Positions 31,944 through 41,018 of a DNA stretch of 64,000 bases are shown piece by piece. The DNA is from Myxococcota bacterium (lineage in GTDB: Bacteria; Myxococcota_A; UBA9160; UBA4427). Position 1 is the first letter of the stretch. Every line of letters starts with the position of its first letter. The stretch covers positions 3,328,001 through 3,392,000 of the forward strand of contig OZ252299.1 of the NCBI GenBank assembly GCA_965250285.1. Direction: 5' to 3'. Below the pieces are notes generated by a model. It was given only the letters and a program-made list of their open reading frames with translations. It was not told where the DNA came from and made no database searches. Made by a program: the position numbers and the translations under genes.

Positions 31944-32690
31944 TCAGCGTCTTCGGCGTGCGGCCATCCATCCCAGTCCTGCTGCAAGGAGCAGGGCCGT
32001 CGACGGCTCGGGTACGGCCGTCACCAGGACGTTGTCGAACTTGCCGAAGTCGTGCTCACCGTTGTCCAACCAGAACGCAATGATGATGTTCTCTTCGTTG
32101 GACGGCAGTGCGTAGCTCGCGCTCTGGAAGGTGTTGTTCTTGCCTTCCAGCAGCTCGGTCCAGTTGGACCAGGCCTGACTGCCCGATCGGAAATCGGCAG
32201 ACCCATTCGATTTGAGAACCGGAGAGGGGCCCACCAGATATCCGACCCGGAGTCGATCGGCGTTCGTTGCGGAGAACGTGCGCCAGTCGAACTCGAGCAC
32301 GACGTCTGTGAGGCCGAGCGTGCTGATCTCGAAGTACAGGCCCGCGTCGTCTTCGATGAAGCCGACCGGGGTGTCATTGCCACCCCCACCGAACTCCTGG
32401 ATCCCGACGTCGTACGCCGGGTTCCCGAAGAAGAAGCCCTCGAACCGGGCTGAATTCCAGCCCGGCTCATCGGCGTCCGGCGGAACCGGGACGCCATACT
32501 TGCGAGGATCGATGCCCGGCGGAAACCCCGACGCATTGTCGAAGGTCTCGCTGAACAGGGTGATGGCGAACGCAGGTGCGCTCACGAGCACACCGAGCGC
32601 CATCACCAGCACGAGCAGACTCACTTGGACGAGCGGATTGCAGCCACGCCGCCGGGTCACGCGCACCCGTTCGGATATGGGTTCGCACAT
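31944..32690 (-). CDS. PEP-CTERM sorting-domain surface protein
   Basis: Signal peptide ending AFA, C-terminal VPEPSTALLLAAGLGWMAARRRR, GGAG SD before ATG 32690. Confidence 0.92.
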   Translation of the reverse strand: MCEPISERVRVTRRRGCNPLVQVSLLVLVMALGVLVSAPAFAITLFSETFDNASGFPPGIDPRKYGVPVPPDADEPGWNSARFEGFFFGNPAYDVGIQEFGGGGNDTPVGFIEDDAGLYFEISTLGLTDVVLEFDWRTFSATNADRLRVGYLVGPSPVLKSNGSADFRSGSQAWSNWTELLEGKNNTFQSASYALPSNEENIIIAFWLDNGEHDFGKFDNVLVTAVPEPSTALLLAAGLGWMAARRRR

Positions 32691-33286
32691 TGCAGCTTCT
32701 CCCTTCCCAAAGAGTTCCAGAGCGAACACTGGACTGCGGGGATCACCATACGCTGTAGGCTCAATCAAAATCAAACGAATTCGACGTCGTCACGGGATGT
32801 CCACCGGGCCGACACACTCGGTGGTCACCCCACCGATTTCAAATCGGGCCGCACGGTTTTCGAATGCGAACGCCGAACGGGCCTCTCCGGCGCCTCTCGG
32901 CCGCGACCGCGGGGACCCACCCCATACGGGGGGGCTGCGGGCGCAGCGGGGAAGCGGAGGCGTGGCCCCGGGGCGGCCCGCGGGCCGCCGGGTGATGCGA
33001 GCTCCCGCGCTCGCTCGGCTCGGGACCGACCCCGGCGACCCGCCGGGTCGACGCCGCCCGGGGCCCGCGCGACCGTGCTGCAGGCTCTGCGCCGGGCGCA
33101 GCGGCCGCCCGCGTCGGGCGACCCCGGCGGTCGAGCGGCGTCGAGCGTTCGGCTTCGGCGCCGACGGCTTCGGGCGCGAGCTGCTCGTCTGCGTGCGCTG
33201 CGCTGGAAGTCGCCGGGAACTCTTTCGTCGCTTCAGTGTCTGTGCTCTCCAGAACACGGCACCGCAGTGCGAGGAGCGCCCGCTCG

Positions 33287-34255
33287 ATGCCCGACGTCGA
33301 CTCGTCCGCAGAGGATGCGCAGCCCGACCCGCCCCCCGCACGCGCCGCACGACGAACCTGGCCGCGGCGCGCGATCGACTTCTCGCAGGATGCGCGACAC
33401 CTGCAGATCGCCGTGCTGTCGGCGCTGCTGCTCTACGGCGCGGTCGCGCTCGACTTCGAGGTCGATCCACGCGTCGCTGCGCTCGTCATCATCGCGGCGC
33501 TGGCGACGCAGCTCGGCTTCAGTCGTCTCGGCGGCCAGCGCTTCGATGTGCGCTCACCGCTGATCTCGGCGCTCTCGCTCTGCCTGCTGCTGCGCGCAGC
33601 CGATCCGATCTGGCTGTGCGCGGCGGCGGCGCTCGCCGTCGCGAGCAAGTTCGTGATCCGACGCGCCGACAAGCACGTCTTCAACCCGACGAACTTCGCG
33701 ATCGTCGTGCTCCTCGCCACGACCGACACGGTCTGGGTCTCGCCCGGTCAATGGGGCACCACCGCGGTCGCCAGCGCGGCGCTCGTGCTCGCCGGCTCAC
33801 TCGTGCTTCGCCGCGCCGAGCGCGCGGACGTGACGTTCGCGTTCCTCGCCGCCTGGGCTGGCCTGCTCGTCGCGCGCTCGGTCTGGCTGGGCGAGCCCTT
33901 CGCGATCCCGCTTCATCGAGTGCAGAACGGCGCGCTGCTGATCTTCGCGTTCCTGATGCTCTCCGATCCACGCACGACCCCCGACTCGCGGGCGGGCCGC
34001 GTCGCGTTCGCCGTGCTCGTGGCCTCGATCGGTGCGGGCCTGCGCTTCGGCCTCTACGAACCCAATGCGCTGCTCTTCGCGCTCGCGCTCTGTGCGCCCT
34101 GCGTGCCCCTGCTCGACCGCTGGCTGCCCGGGCGTCGCTTCACGTGGCGCGGACCCTCTCACGCGGCCGCGTCGCGCGCGCCCGCGACGCCCTGCGCCGC
34201 CACGCCCGGGGCGCGCATCTCGCACCCGATCCTTCCCATCAGGAGCTCTCCATGA
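33287..34255 (+). CDS. RnfD/NqrB-like integral membrane protein (stand-alone)
   Basis: KHVFNPTNF and FAFLMLSDPRTTP correspond to RnfD FNPA and FFMATDPVTSP. Many TM segments. GAGGAG SD. Confidence 0.8.
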   Translation: MPDVDSSAEDAQPDPPPARAARRTWPRRAIDFSQDARHLQIAVLSALLLYGAVALDFEVDPRVAALVIIAALATQLGFSRLGGQRFDVRSPLISALSLCLLLRAADPIWLCAAAALAVASKFVIRRADKHVFNPTNFAIVVLLATTDTVWVSPGQWGTTAVASAALVLAGSLVLRRAERADVTFAFLAAWAGLLVARSVWLGEPFAIPLHRVQNGALLIFAFLMLSDPRTTPDSRAGRVAFAVLVASIGAGLRFGLYEPNALLFALALCAPCVPLLDRWLPGRRFTWRGPSHAAASRAPATPCAATPGARISHPILPIRSSP

Positions 34256-35571
34256 ATCGACCCCTCGGCTTCGCGCTCGCGGTCTTCGCCGCGACCTGGC
34301 TCGGCACCTCGTCGGCCCACGCCTTTTGCGGCTTCTACGTCGCCAAGGCCGATACCCAGCTCTTCAACGAGGCTTCGCAGGTCGTGCTCGTCCGAGACGG
34401 CGACCGCACCGTCATCACGATGGCCAGCGACTACCAGGGCGAGCCGAACGAGTTCGCGCTGGTCGTTCCCGTGCCGACGTTCATCAGCCGGCAGCAGATC
34501 CACGTGGCCGACCCCAAGGTCGTGGCCCACCTCGACGCGTACACGTCACCGCGCCTCGTCGAGTACCACGACCCGAACCCGTGCACGGTCTACCCCGAGG
34601 CCGACGGCGTGCTCTACAGCATGAGCGCGCGCAGGGCCAAGGCCGTCGAACAGGCCGATTCGCTCGGCGTGACCATCGAAGCGGCCTACACGGTCGGCGA
34701 GTACGACATCCTGATCCTCGCCGCCGAGCAGAGCGATGGGCTCGTCACGTGGCTCGACGACAACGGCTACCGGATCCCGAAGGGCGCTCGGCCCGTGATC
34801 GACGGCTACCTGAAGCAAGGCATGCGCTTCTTCGTCGCGCGCGTGAACCTCGGCCAGCAAGAGAAGCTCGGTGTACAGAAGCTGCGGCCGATCCAGATCG
34901 CCTTCGAGAGCCCGAAGTTCATGCTGCCGATCCGCCTCGGCATGGTGAACGCCGCCGGCGCGCAGGACATGTTCGTCTACACCCTGACCCGCCGGGGTCG
35001 CGTCGAAACCACGAACTACCGCACGGTGAAGCTGCCGACCGGCAGCGAGCTGCCGCCCTTCGTCGAGGCCGAGTTCGACGACTTCTACCGCACGATGTTC
35101 GATCGCCAGGTCGCTGAGCACGATGGCCGCGCCGTCTTCCTCGAGTACGCGTGGGACATGGCCTGGTGCGACCCGTGCGCCGCCGATCCGCTCTCGCCCG
35201 ACGAGCTCCGCGAGCTCGGCGCGTTCTGGATCGACCGGAGCGACACCCGAGGCGGCGCGCGCAACGCCTTCGTCACGCGCCTGCACGTGCGCTACGACGC
35301 GGAGCACTTCCCCGAAGACCTCGAGTTTCAGGAGACGCGCGACCGCAGCAACTTCCAGGGGCGCTACGTGCTGCGCAAGCCCTATGAGGGCGAGGCGAGC
35401 TGCGAGCAGGCCGACGCGTACTACGAGCGCCTGGCCGAGCGACAGGCCGAGGAGGCGCGCACCCTCGCATCGCTCACGGGCTGGGACGTCGACGAGCTGT
35501 TGCTGCGGGTGGGCGCGACGGGGCAGCCGCAAGGGCCCGACCCCTGGTGGTCGCAGCTCTGGGGCAACTGA
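34252..35571 (+). CDS. DUF2330 domain secreted protein
   Basis: Signal peptide ending AHA, then FCGFYVAKAD, FALVVPVP, VGEYDILIL, WLDDNGY, MLPIRL. ATGA coupling. Confidence 0.88.
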   Translation: MNRPLGFALAVFAATWLGTSSAHAFCGFYVAKADTQLFNEASQVVLVRDGDRTVITMASDYQGEPNEFALVVPVPTFISRQQIHVADPKVVAHLDAYTSPRLVEYHDPNPCTVYPEADGVLYSMSARRAKAVEQADSLGVTIEAAYTVGEYDILILAAEQSDGLVTWLDDNGYRIPKGARPVIDGYLKQGMRFFVARVNLGQQEKLGVQKLRPIQIAFESPKFMLPIRLGMVNAAGAQDMFVYTLTRRGRVETTNYRTVKLPTGSELPPFVEAEFDDFYRTMFDRQVAEHDGRAVFLEYAWDMAWCDPCAADPLSPDELRELGAFWIDRSDTRGGARNAFVTRLHVRYDAEHFPEDLEFQETRDRSNFQGRYVLRKPYEGEASCEQADAYYERLAERQAEEARTLASLTGWDVDELLLRVGATGQPQGPDPWWSQLWGN

Positions 35572-35611
35572 TCCCGGTCGGCTCGGACGGCTGCGAGGGG
35601 ACGCGACGCCG

Positions 35612-36418
35612 CTAACGAAAGTGCCAGTCCTCGGCATAGAGCACGAGGCCGAGCTTCGCCGCGACGCGGCGAGAGGCGCGGTTCGACCAGGCCGTCGAGT
35701 AGAGCGGGCAGCCACCCAGCGACTCGACGGCCCGCGCCCAGGCGACGACGCAGCGCGGGGCGTGACCGTGCCCGCGCGCCGACTCGGTGGTCTCGAGACC
35801 GGCTTCGACGAAGCCGCGCGGGTCGCCTCGCGCGACGCGGCACGACGAAACGACGCGGTCGCGATGCAGCGACACGGCGACCGGGAGCGTCGCGATCACC
35901 TCGTCGACCGGCTCGCCCAGCTGCTCGGCCCAGCGCGCGAGGCGCGGATCGCCGGGGTTGGTCGCGACCTCCCCGCCCGCGGCCATGGCGTTCCACTGGG
36001 TGCGCGCCAGGGCATCGGGGAACCGGAAGGCGGGCCCCGGATACGCGCGATCGTGCTGCATGCGGTCGGCGATCACGCGGCGCATCGGCTCGATTCGGTC
36101 GGGGGGCGGTGGCGGCTGCGCTGCGTCGAGCGCGACCCCGGGCTCGAGGGCGGCATAGCGCGCCAGCTCCCGAATCGCGTCACCGGGCAGATCGGCCGCG
36201 AATCGCCAGACGGCACCCAGCTGCGTTCGCACAAAGTGAAAGCACGGGGCAGGCCCGTCGCTCGGCGCCGCGCGCCCGATCAATCGATCGTTCGAATCGG
36301 TCGCGTAGAGCGCGACGAGATGGGCATTGGCCCATTCGAGATCGTTTCGAGGGGGATCGAACACGTCGATGGGCCACTCCCGTGCGACCGTCGGCTCAGG
36401 CGAGTCCCGTGCTCGCAC
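35612..36418 (-). CDS. GNAT-family N-acetyltransferase
   Basis: EAGLET...RGHGHA (motif A) and PLYSTAWSNRASRRVAAKLG. Start is uncertain. Confidence 0.85.
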   Translation of the reverse strand: MRARDSPEPTVAREWPIDVFDPPRNDLEWANAHLVALYATDSNDRLIGRAAPSDGPAPCFHFVRTQLGAVWRFAADLPGDAIRELARYAALEPGVALDAAQPPPPPDRIEPMRRVIADRMQHDRAYPGPAFRFPDALARTQWNAMAAGGEVATNPGDPRLARWAEQLGEPVDEVIATLPVAVSLHRDRVVSSCRVARGDPRGFVEAGLETTESARGHGHAPRCVVAWARAVESLGGCPLYSTAWSNRASRRVAAKLGLVLYAEDWHFR

Positions 36419-36641
36419 GCGGCACCGGACACGAACGCCGCGGCTGTCTCACCCGCAACGATCGCCGTCGATTCTCCCCCACTCGGGGACACAGAGCGAA
36501 TAAGATCGAGCGGATCGGTGCATCGTTCAGACGCACGACACCGGGGCGCCGACGCAGCAAGCTGGCGCCCGCCACTCGATCGGCACCGACCCCCGCGCCC
36601 ACGGGCCATTGCCCCCTCGGCCCACGGAGACAACGAGCCAC

Positions 36642-37043
36642 ATGTTCGACCACCCCAACGCCATTCTCTTGAAGCAGGCCTGGCAGGCCGTCGCCGACGG
36701 CGATGGTGAGACGCTGCGCGCCCTCTTCGCCGACGACGTCCAGTGGCACGTGACCTCGGGCAGTCCCTGGCACGGCACGCACGTCGGCACCGACGCGATC
36801 CTCGAGTACCTCGCTCAGGTCGGCGACGCCGGCGAGACATACGAGACGAGTCTCGAAGAGCTGCTCGTCGGCGATCGTTTCTCGGCCATGGTGTGTCACG
36901 TCCACGCCAAGCGCGGGAACCGGGTACTCGAGAACGGGCAGGTGCTGCTCGCTCGCATCGAAGAGGGGCGCGTCGCAGAGGTCTGGACGCTGACCCTCGA
37001 CCCCGACGCCAGCCACGCCTTCTGGATGGGCGGCGCGGACTGA
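36642..37043 (+). CDS. SnoaL/NTF2-like family protein
   Basis: HPNA, LFADDVQWHV, GTHVG, EGRVAEVW, C-terminal FW. Confidence 0.88.
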   Translation: MFDHPNAILLKQAWQAVADGDGETLRALFADDVQWHVTSGSPWHGTHVGTDAILEYLAQVGDAGETYETSLEELLVGDRFSAMVCHVHAKRGNRVLENGQVLLARIEEGRVAEVWTLTLDPDASHAFWMGGAD

Positions 37044-37126
37044 GGCGCTGCGCCGAGGTCCCGGCGCTGAAGTTCGCCCCCGACGCCCGTCACACCGTCT
37101 CGCCGGCCGGTCCGGACTGGTGCGCT

Positions 37127-38557
37127 TCAGCCCGCCGCGCGCTCGAGCGCGGGGAGCAGCTCGTCGAAGAGGCCATCGAACGCGCCGTTGCTCATCACGA
37201 GCAGCACGTCACCCTCGCGCCGGTCGAGCAGCAGCGACTCGGTGATGGCCCGTGCGCTCGCGAAGTGCGCGGCGTCGGTCTCTCGCGCCGCCAGATCATC
37301 GACCAGCTCGGCGGCCGAGAAGAGCTCGGTGACCTCGCCCGTTGCGCTGTAGATCGGCTCGTCCGGCACGTCGAGCACGACGACGCGGTCGGCCGTCGCG
37401 AGCGCATCCGCGTACTGCGCCTGAAAGAGCTTGCGGCGGGACGTGTTCGAACGGGGCTCGAACACGGCGACCACACGCCGACCGTCGTACCGCGCCTTCA
37501 CGGCTTCGATCGTGCCGCGCACGGCCGTGGGGTGGTGTGCGAAGTCGTCGAGGACCGTCACGCCGCCGATCTCGCCCCTCACTTCTTGGCGGCGCTTCAC
37601 CCCCTGGAAGCCCGGCAGCGCCGCGACCAGCTCGCTGACCGGGACGCCCAGCGACGCGCACGCAGCGAGGGCCGCGAGCGCATTCTCGACGTTGTACGCG
37701 CCGTGCATCGGCAGCTGAGCAACGCACGTCTCGCCACCTGCCGAGCGCAGCGTGAAGCGCGTGCCGCCGCCGTCGGCGACCACGTCGCTGGCCTGCCAGT
37801 CGGCGTCGGCGTGCTGCAGGCCGTAGCGAACGAGCCGACACGGGGCATCCGCGACCACGTCGCGCACACCGGCGTGGTCCCAGGCGGCAATGATGGTGCC
37901 GTCGCTCGGCATGCCGGCGACGAGCTTGCGGAACATCGACTTCACGTGATCGAGATCGCGGTAGATGTCGGCGTGATCGAACTCGACGCTCGTCACGATC
38001 AGCGTCTTCGGGTGGTAGTGCAGAAACTTCGGCGTCTTGTCGAAGAAGGCGGTGTCGTACTCGTCGCCTTCCACGACGAAGTGCTCGCCCTGCCCTTCGC
38101 GGAACGACCCGCCGAAGTCGAGGCTGATGCCGCCGACCAGCAGAGACGGATCGCGCCCGGTCGCGAGCAGCAGGTAGCTCGTGAGCGCCGTCGTCGTCGT
38201 CTTGCCGTGGGTGCCCGTCACGGTGACCGAGTGCTTGTGCGCCATCGCCAGCTCGTAGAGCGCGTCGCTGAACGAGCGATACGGGAGCCCGGCGTCGATC
38301 GCTGCCTTGGCTTCGGGGTTGTCGCGGCGCACGGCGTTGCCGATCACGACGAGATCGGGTCGCCGGCCGAGCACGTGCTCGGGGTCGAAGCCCTCTTCGA
38401 CCGGGATGCTCCAGTCGGCCAGGGCCGTGCTCATCGGCGGATAGAGCTTCTTGTCCGAGCCGGTGACCTCGATGCCCCGCGCCTTGACGAGGCCGGCGAG
38501 GCTCCCCATGCCGGTGCCCCCGATCGCGATGAAGTGCACGTGGCGAAGCTCGCTCAT
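37127..38557 (-). CDS. mpl: UDP-MurNAc:tripeptide ligase (murein peptide ligase)
   Basis: IGGTGMG, GTHGKTTTT, EGDEYDTAFFDK, EFDHADIY, DDFAHHPTA, FEPRSNT, MSNGAFDG. Confidence 0.93.
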   Translation of the reverse strand: MSELRHVHFIAIGGTGMGSLAGLVKARGIEVTGSDKKLYPPMSTALADWSIPVEEGFDPEHVLGRRPDLVVIGNAVRRDNPEAKAAIDAGLPYRSFSDALYELAMAHKHSVTVTGTHGKTTTTALTSYLLLATGRDPSLLVGGISLDFGGSFREGQGEHFVVEGDEYDTAFFDKTPKFLHYHPKTLIVTSVEFDHADIYRDLDHVKSMFRKLVAGMPSDGTIIAAWDHAGVRDVVADAPCRLVRYGLQHADADWQASDVVADGGGTRFTLRSAGGETCVAQLPMHGAYNVENALAALAACASLGVPVSELVAALPGFQGVKRRQEVRGEIGGVTVLDDFAHHPTAVRGTIEAVKARYDGRRVVAVFEPRSNTSRRKLFQAQYADALATADRVVVLDVPDEPIYSATGEVTELFSAAELVDDLAARETDAAHFASARAITESLLLDRREGDVLLVMSNGAFDGLFDELLPALERAAG

Positions 38558-38565
38558 GACACGGC

Positions 38566-39732
38566 TCACCCGGCCAGCAGCCCTTCCAGGATCAGGTCGT
38601 GGATCTTCGGGCGCAGCGTGAACTTGCTCTTCTTCGCGATCAGGTGAACCCGATTCGTCAGCATGACGACGATCGCCTCCTGCTCGAGGTCGATCCATAC
38701 GGAGGTTCCCGTGAAGCCGAGGTGCCCGACCGACTTCTCGCCGAAGTGCTGGCCCGCCGAAGAGGCGCCCGCGGTGGGCGTATCCCAGCCGAGGGCCCAG
38801 TCACTGCCTTCGGGAATGTTCTGACGCTGGCTGAACGTGCGCACGAGTTCGCCGGGCAGGACGTCGCTGCGATCGTGCCAGGCGTCGAGCCACGCCTGGG
38901 CGAAGCGCAGCACGTCGGGCGCCGTGCCGAAGAGGCCGGCGTGGCCCGCGACGCCGCCCATCGCGAAGGCGTTCGGGTCGTGCACCTCGCCCCAGATGAT
39001 CCGCTCTCGCCACGGGCAGTTCTCGGTCGCGGCGATGCGTCGCTTCAGCGGCTCGGGCAGCGCGGCGTCGTCACTGCCATCGATCGCGAGCGGAAAGAAA
39101 CGCGTGTCCTTCATGCCGAGCGGCTCGAAGACGCGACGCTCGCAGAAGCGGTCGAAGGGCTCCTGGGCGACCTCCTCGATCAGCGCGCCCAGCACGATGA
39201 AGTCGAGGTCGCCATAGACGGCCGCTTCGCCCACCTCGTGCACGAGGCCGCTGCGCACGACACGATCGATGATCCACTCGCGGCCCTCGGGCGTACCGAT
39301 CAGGCGCTCGCCGGTCTTGCGCTCCTTCTGGATCAGGTTCTCGTGGAAGCCACGCCAGGGCTTGAGGCCGGCCGAGTGCGTCAGCAGATGTCGCACCGTC
39401 ACTTCGCCCTTGTCGCGCTCGCCGAAGGCCGGCAGGTGCTTTGCCACCGGGTCGTCGAGCCCGATCGCCCCGTCGTGAACGAGCCAGAGCACGGCGGTCG
39501 TGGTCGCGATGTTCTTGGTCAACGAGGCGAGATCGAAGATCGTGTCGGGCGTCATCGGGATGCGCTCGGGGCGCACCACGGCGAGCCCGCGCGTCCAGCC
39601 GTATTCGAGCAGCTCGCCCTCGCGCGGCATGCGCGCGAGCACGACGGCGCCCGGCATCTCGGCCCCCTCGATCGCCTTGTCGAGGGCACGCTCGACCTTG
39701 CCGAGCTTTCGCTGGATCAGACTCCGCTTCAT
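38566..39732 (-). CDS. Beta-lactamase-family serine hydrolase
   Basis: FDLASLTK (SxxK), LLTHSAG, YGD, GEVHDPNA, GHAGLF, GHLGFTGT, LTNRVH. Confidence 0.92.
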   Translation of the reverse strand: MKRSLIQRKLGKVERALDKAIEGAEMPGAVVLARMPREGELLEYGWTRGLAVVRPERIPMTPDTIFDLASLTKNIATTTAVLWLVHDGAIGLDDPVAKHLPAFGERDKGEVTVRHLLTHSAGLKPWRGFHENLIQKERKTGERLIGTPEGREWIIDRVVRSGLVHEVGEAAVYGDLDFIVLGALIEEVAQEPFDRFCERRVFEPLGMKDTRFFPLAIDGSDDAALPEPLKRRIAATENCPWRERIIWGEVHDPNAFAMGGVAGHAGLFGTAPDVLRFAQAWLDAWHDRSDVLPGELVRTFSQRQNIPEGSDWALGWDTPTAGASSAGQHFGEKSVGHLGFTGTSVWIDLEQEAIVVMLTNRVHLIAKKSKFTLRPKIHDLILEGLLAG

Positions 39733-39936
39733 CGTACGAACCAACTCTCCGGGCCCGGCGCAGCGCGCGGGGGCCGATCGACGACCTCGACCCGATGCGG
39801 GCCGCGGTCGGGCGAGCGGGGTCCGAGTGCGACGGGGGCGCAGGACACGCTCGCCGATACGAGAGGGGGGATCTCGGCGGGTGACGCCCCCGACTCTAGC
39901 AACTCACCCGCGTCTGGATCAGGCGGATCGCGCCGA

Positions 39937-40854
39937 TCAGCGCGTCGCGACCGGCGCCTCGAGCAGCTCGATCTCACCCCGGGCCCCGTCGATGGCCGCG
40001 CGCCCCCCGACGGGCCAGGCGAGGTTCGGCAGCGCGTGACCGAAGGGCAGCCCGGTGACCACGGGCACACCGAGCGGCTCGAACACCTCGCGCAGCAACG
40101 CTTCGAGATCGACGCCCTGGTACTTGCGGTCGTCGCAGTCGACCAGCTGACCGACGCCGACCCCGACGAGCGGAGCGAGCTTCCCGGCCTGGGCCAGCTG
40201 CTGCAGCATGCGATCGATGCGGTACGGCGCTTCGCCGGTCTCTTCGATCATCAAGATGCCGTCGCGAGTGTCGAGCTCCCACGGCGTCCCCAGACTCGCG
40301 ACGAGCAGCGACAGACTGCCGCCGACCAACCGGCCCTCGGCCCAGCCGTCGACGAGCGTCTCGCCCTCGAATCGCGGCAGCGCGCCGGTCCCGGTGAGCG
40401 CCCGCGCCAGGGCCTTTGCCGTCTCGTCCGACGGCGAGTGCGCGCGCTCGAACATCGGGCCGTGAATGCCGATCAGGCCGGCTGCCCGCCGCTGCCAGAG
40501 GAGCAGCGCGGTGACGTCGCTGTAGCCGACCAGCGGCTTGGCCGCGCTGCGAAACGCCTTGGCGTCGAGCCGGTGCAGGATGCGGGGTGTGCCGTAGCCG
40601 CCCCGCGCACACACGATCGCGCCGACCTCGGGGTCGGTCACCAGCCCCATCAGCTCGTCGACGCGCCGGTCGTCGTCGCCGGCGAGATAGCCGCGTCGAT
40701 CGAGCAGATCGGCCCGTCTGCGCGGCTCGAAGCCGAGCTCGCGCAGCAGCTGCTCACCGGCCTCGACCAGGTCGGCGTCGATCGGACCCGCCGGAGCAGC
40801 GATCCCGACGACGGCCCCTTTGCGAATGGCGCGGGCCTTACGAAGAGCAGGCAA
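39937..40854 (-). CDS. ldcA: LD-carboxypeptidase (peptidase S66)
   Basis: ARGGYG, GYSDVT, HGPM, EETGEAPYRIDRML, FGH. TTG start with AGGAG SD. Confidence 0.92.
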   Translation of the reverse strand: MPALRKARAIRKGAVVGIAAPAGPIDADLVEAGEQLLRELGFEPRRRADLLDRRGYLAGDDDRRVDELMGLVTDPEVGAIVCARGGYGTPRILHRLDAKAFRSAAKPLVGYSDVTALLLWQRRAAGLIGIHGPMFERAHSPSDETAKALARALTGTGALPRFEGETLVDGWAEGRLVGGSLSLLVASLGTPWELDTRDGILMIEETGEAPYRIDRMLQQLAQAGKLAPLVGVGVGQLVDCDDRKYQGVDLEALLREVFEPLGVPVVTGLPFGHALPNLAWPVGGRAAIDGARGEIELLEAPVATR

Positions 40855-41018
40855 GTCGTACGGACTCCTGGTGGGTGGCCCGCCGAGACGGGGCGGGCGC
40901 GCAGTGCGGCGCCGAGAGTAGACGAGGAAGCCGCAGCAACGCGACCCTCACGCGCGCCGAGATGCCCCGACCTCAGCGATCGACCAAGCGGTCGAGCCCA
41001 CCCTGCGGCGGCAGCGGG

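Noticed and set aside
32790..33470. Minus-strand ORF filling the PEP-CTERM / RnfD-like gap
   Set aside because: Low-complexity Arg/Pro translation, overlaps the RnfD-like gene and has no recognisable motif.
27923..35571. Apparent giant proteins (27923..30982, 1019 aa; 32212..35571, 1119 aa), and likewise 2011..4374, 5878..8196 and 58301..59914
   Set aside because: Artefacts of choosing the most upstream start codon. The real starts are downstream at coupled or SD-supported codons, so these are not fusions.
38566..39732. Serine hydrolase as an antibiotic-resistance beta-lactamase
   Set aside because: No signal peptide, and its position between ldcA and mpl points to cell-wall recycling.
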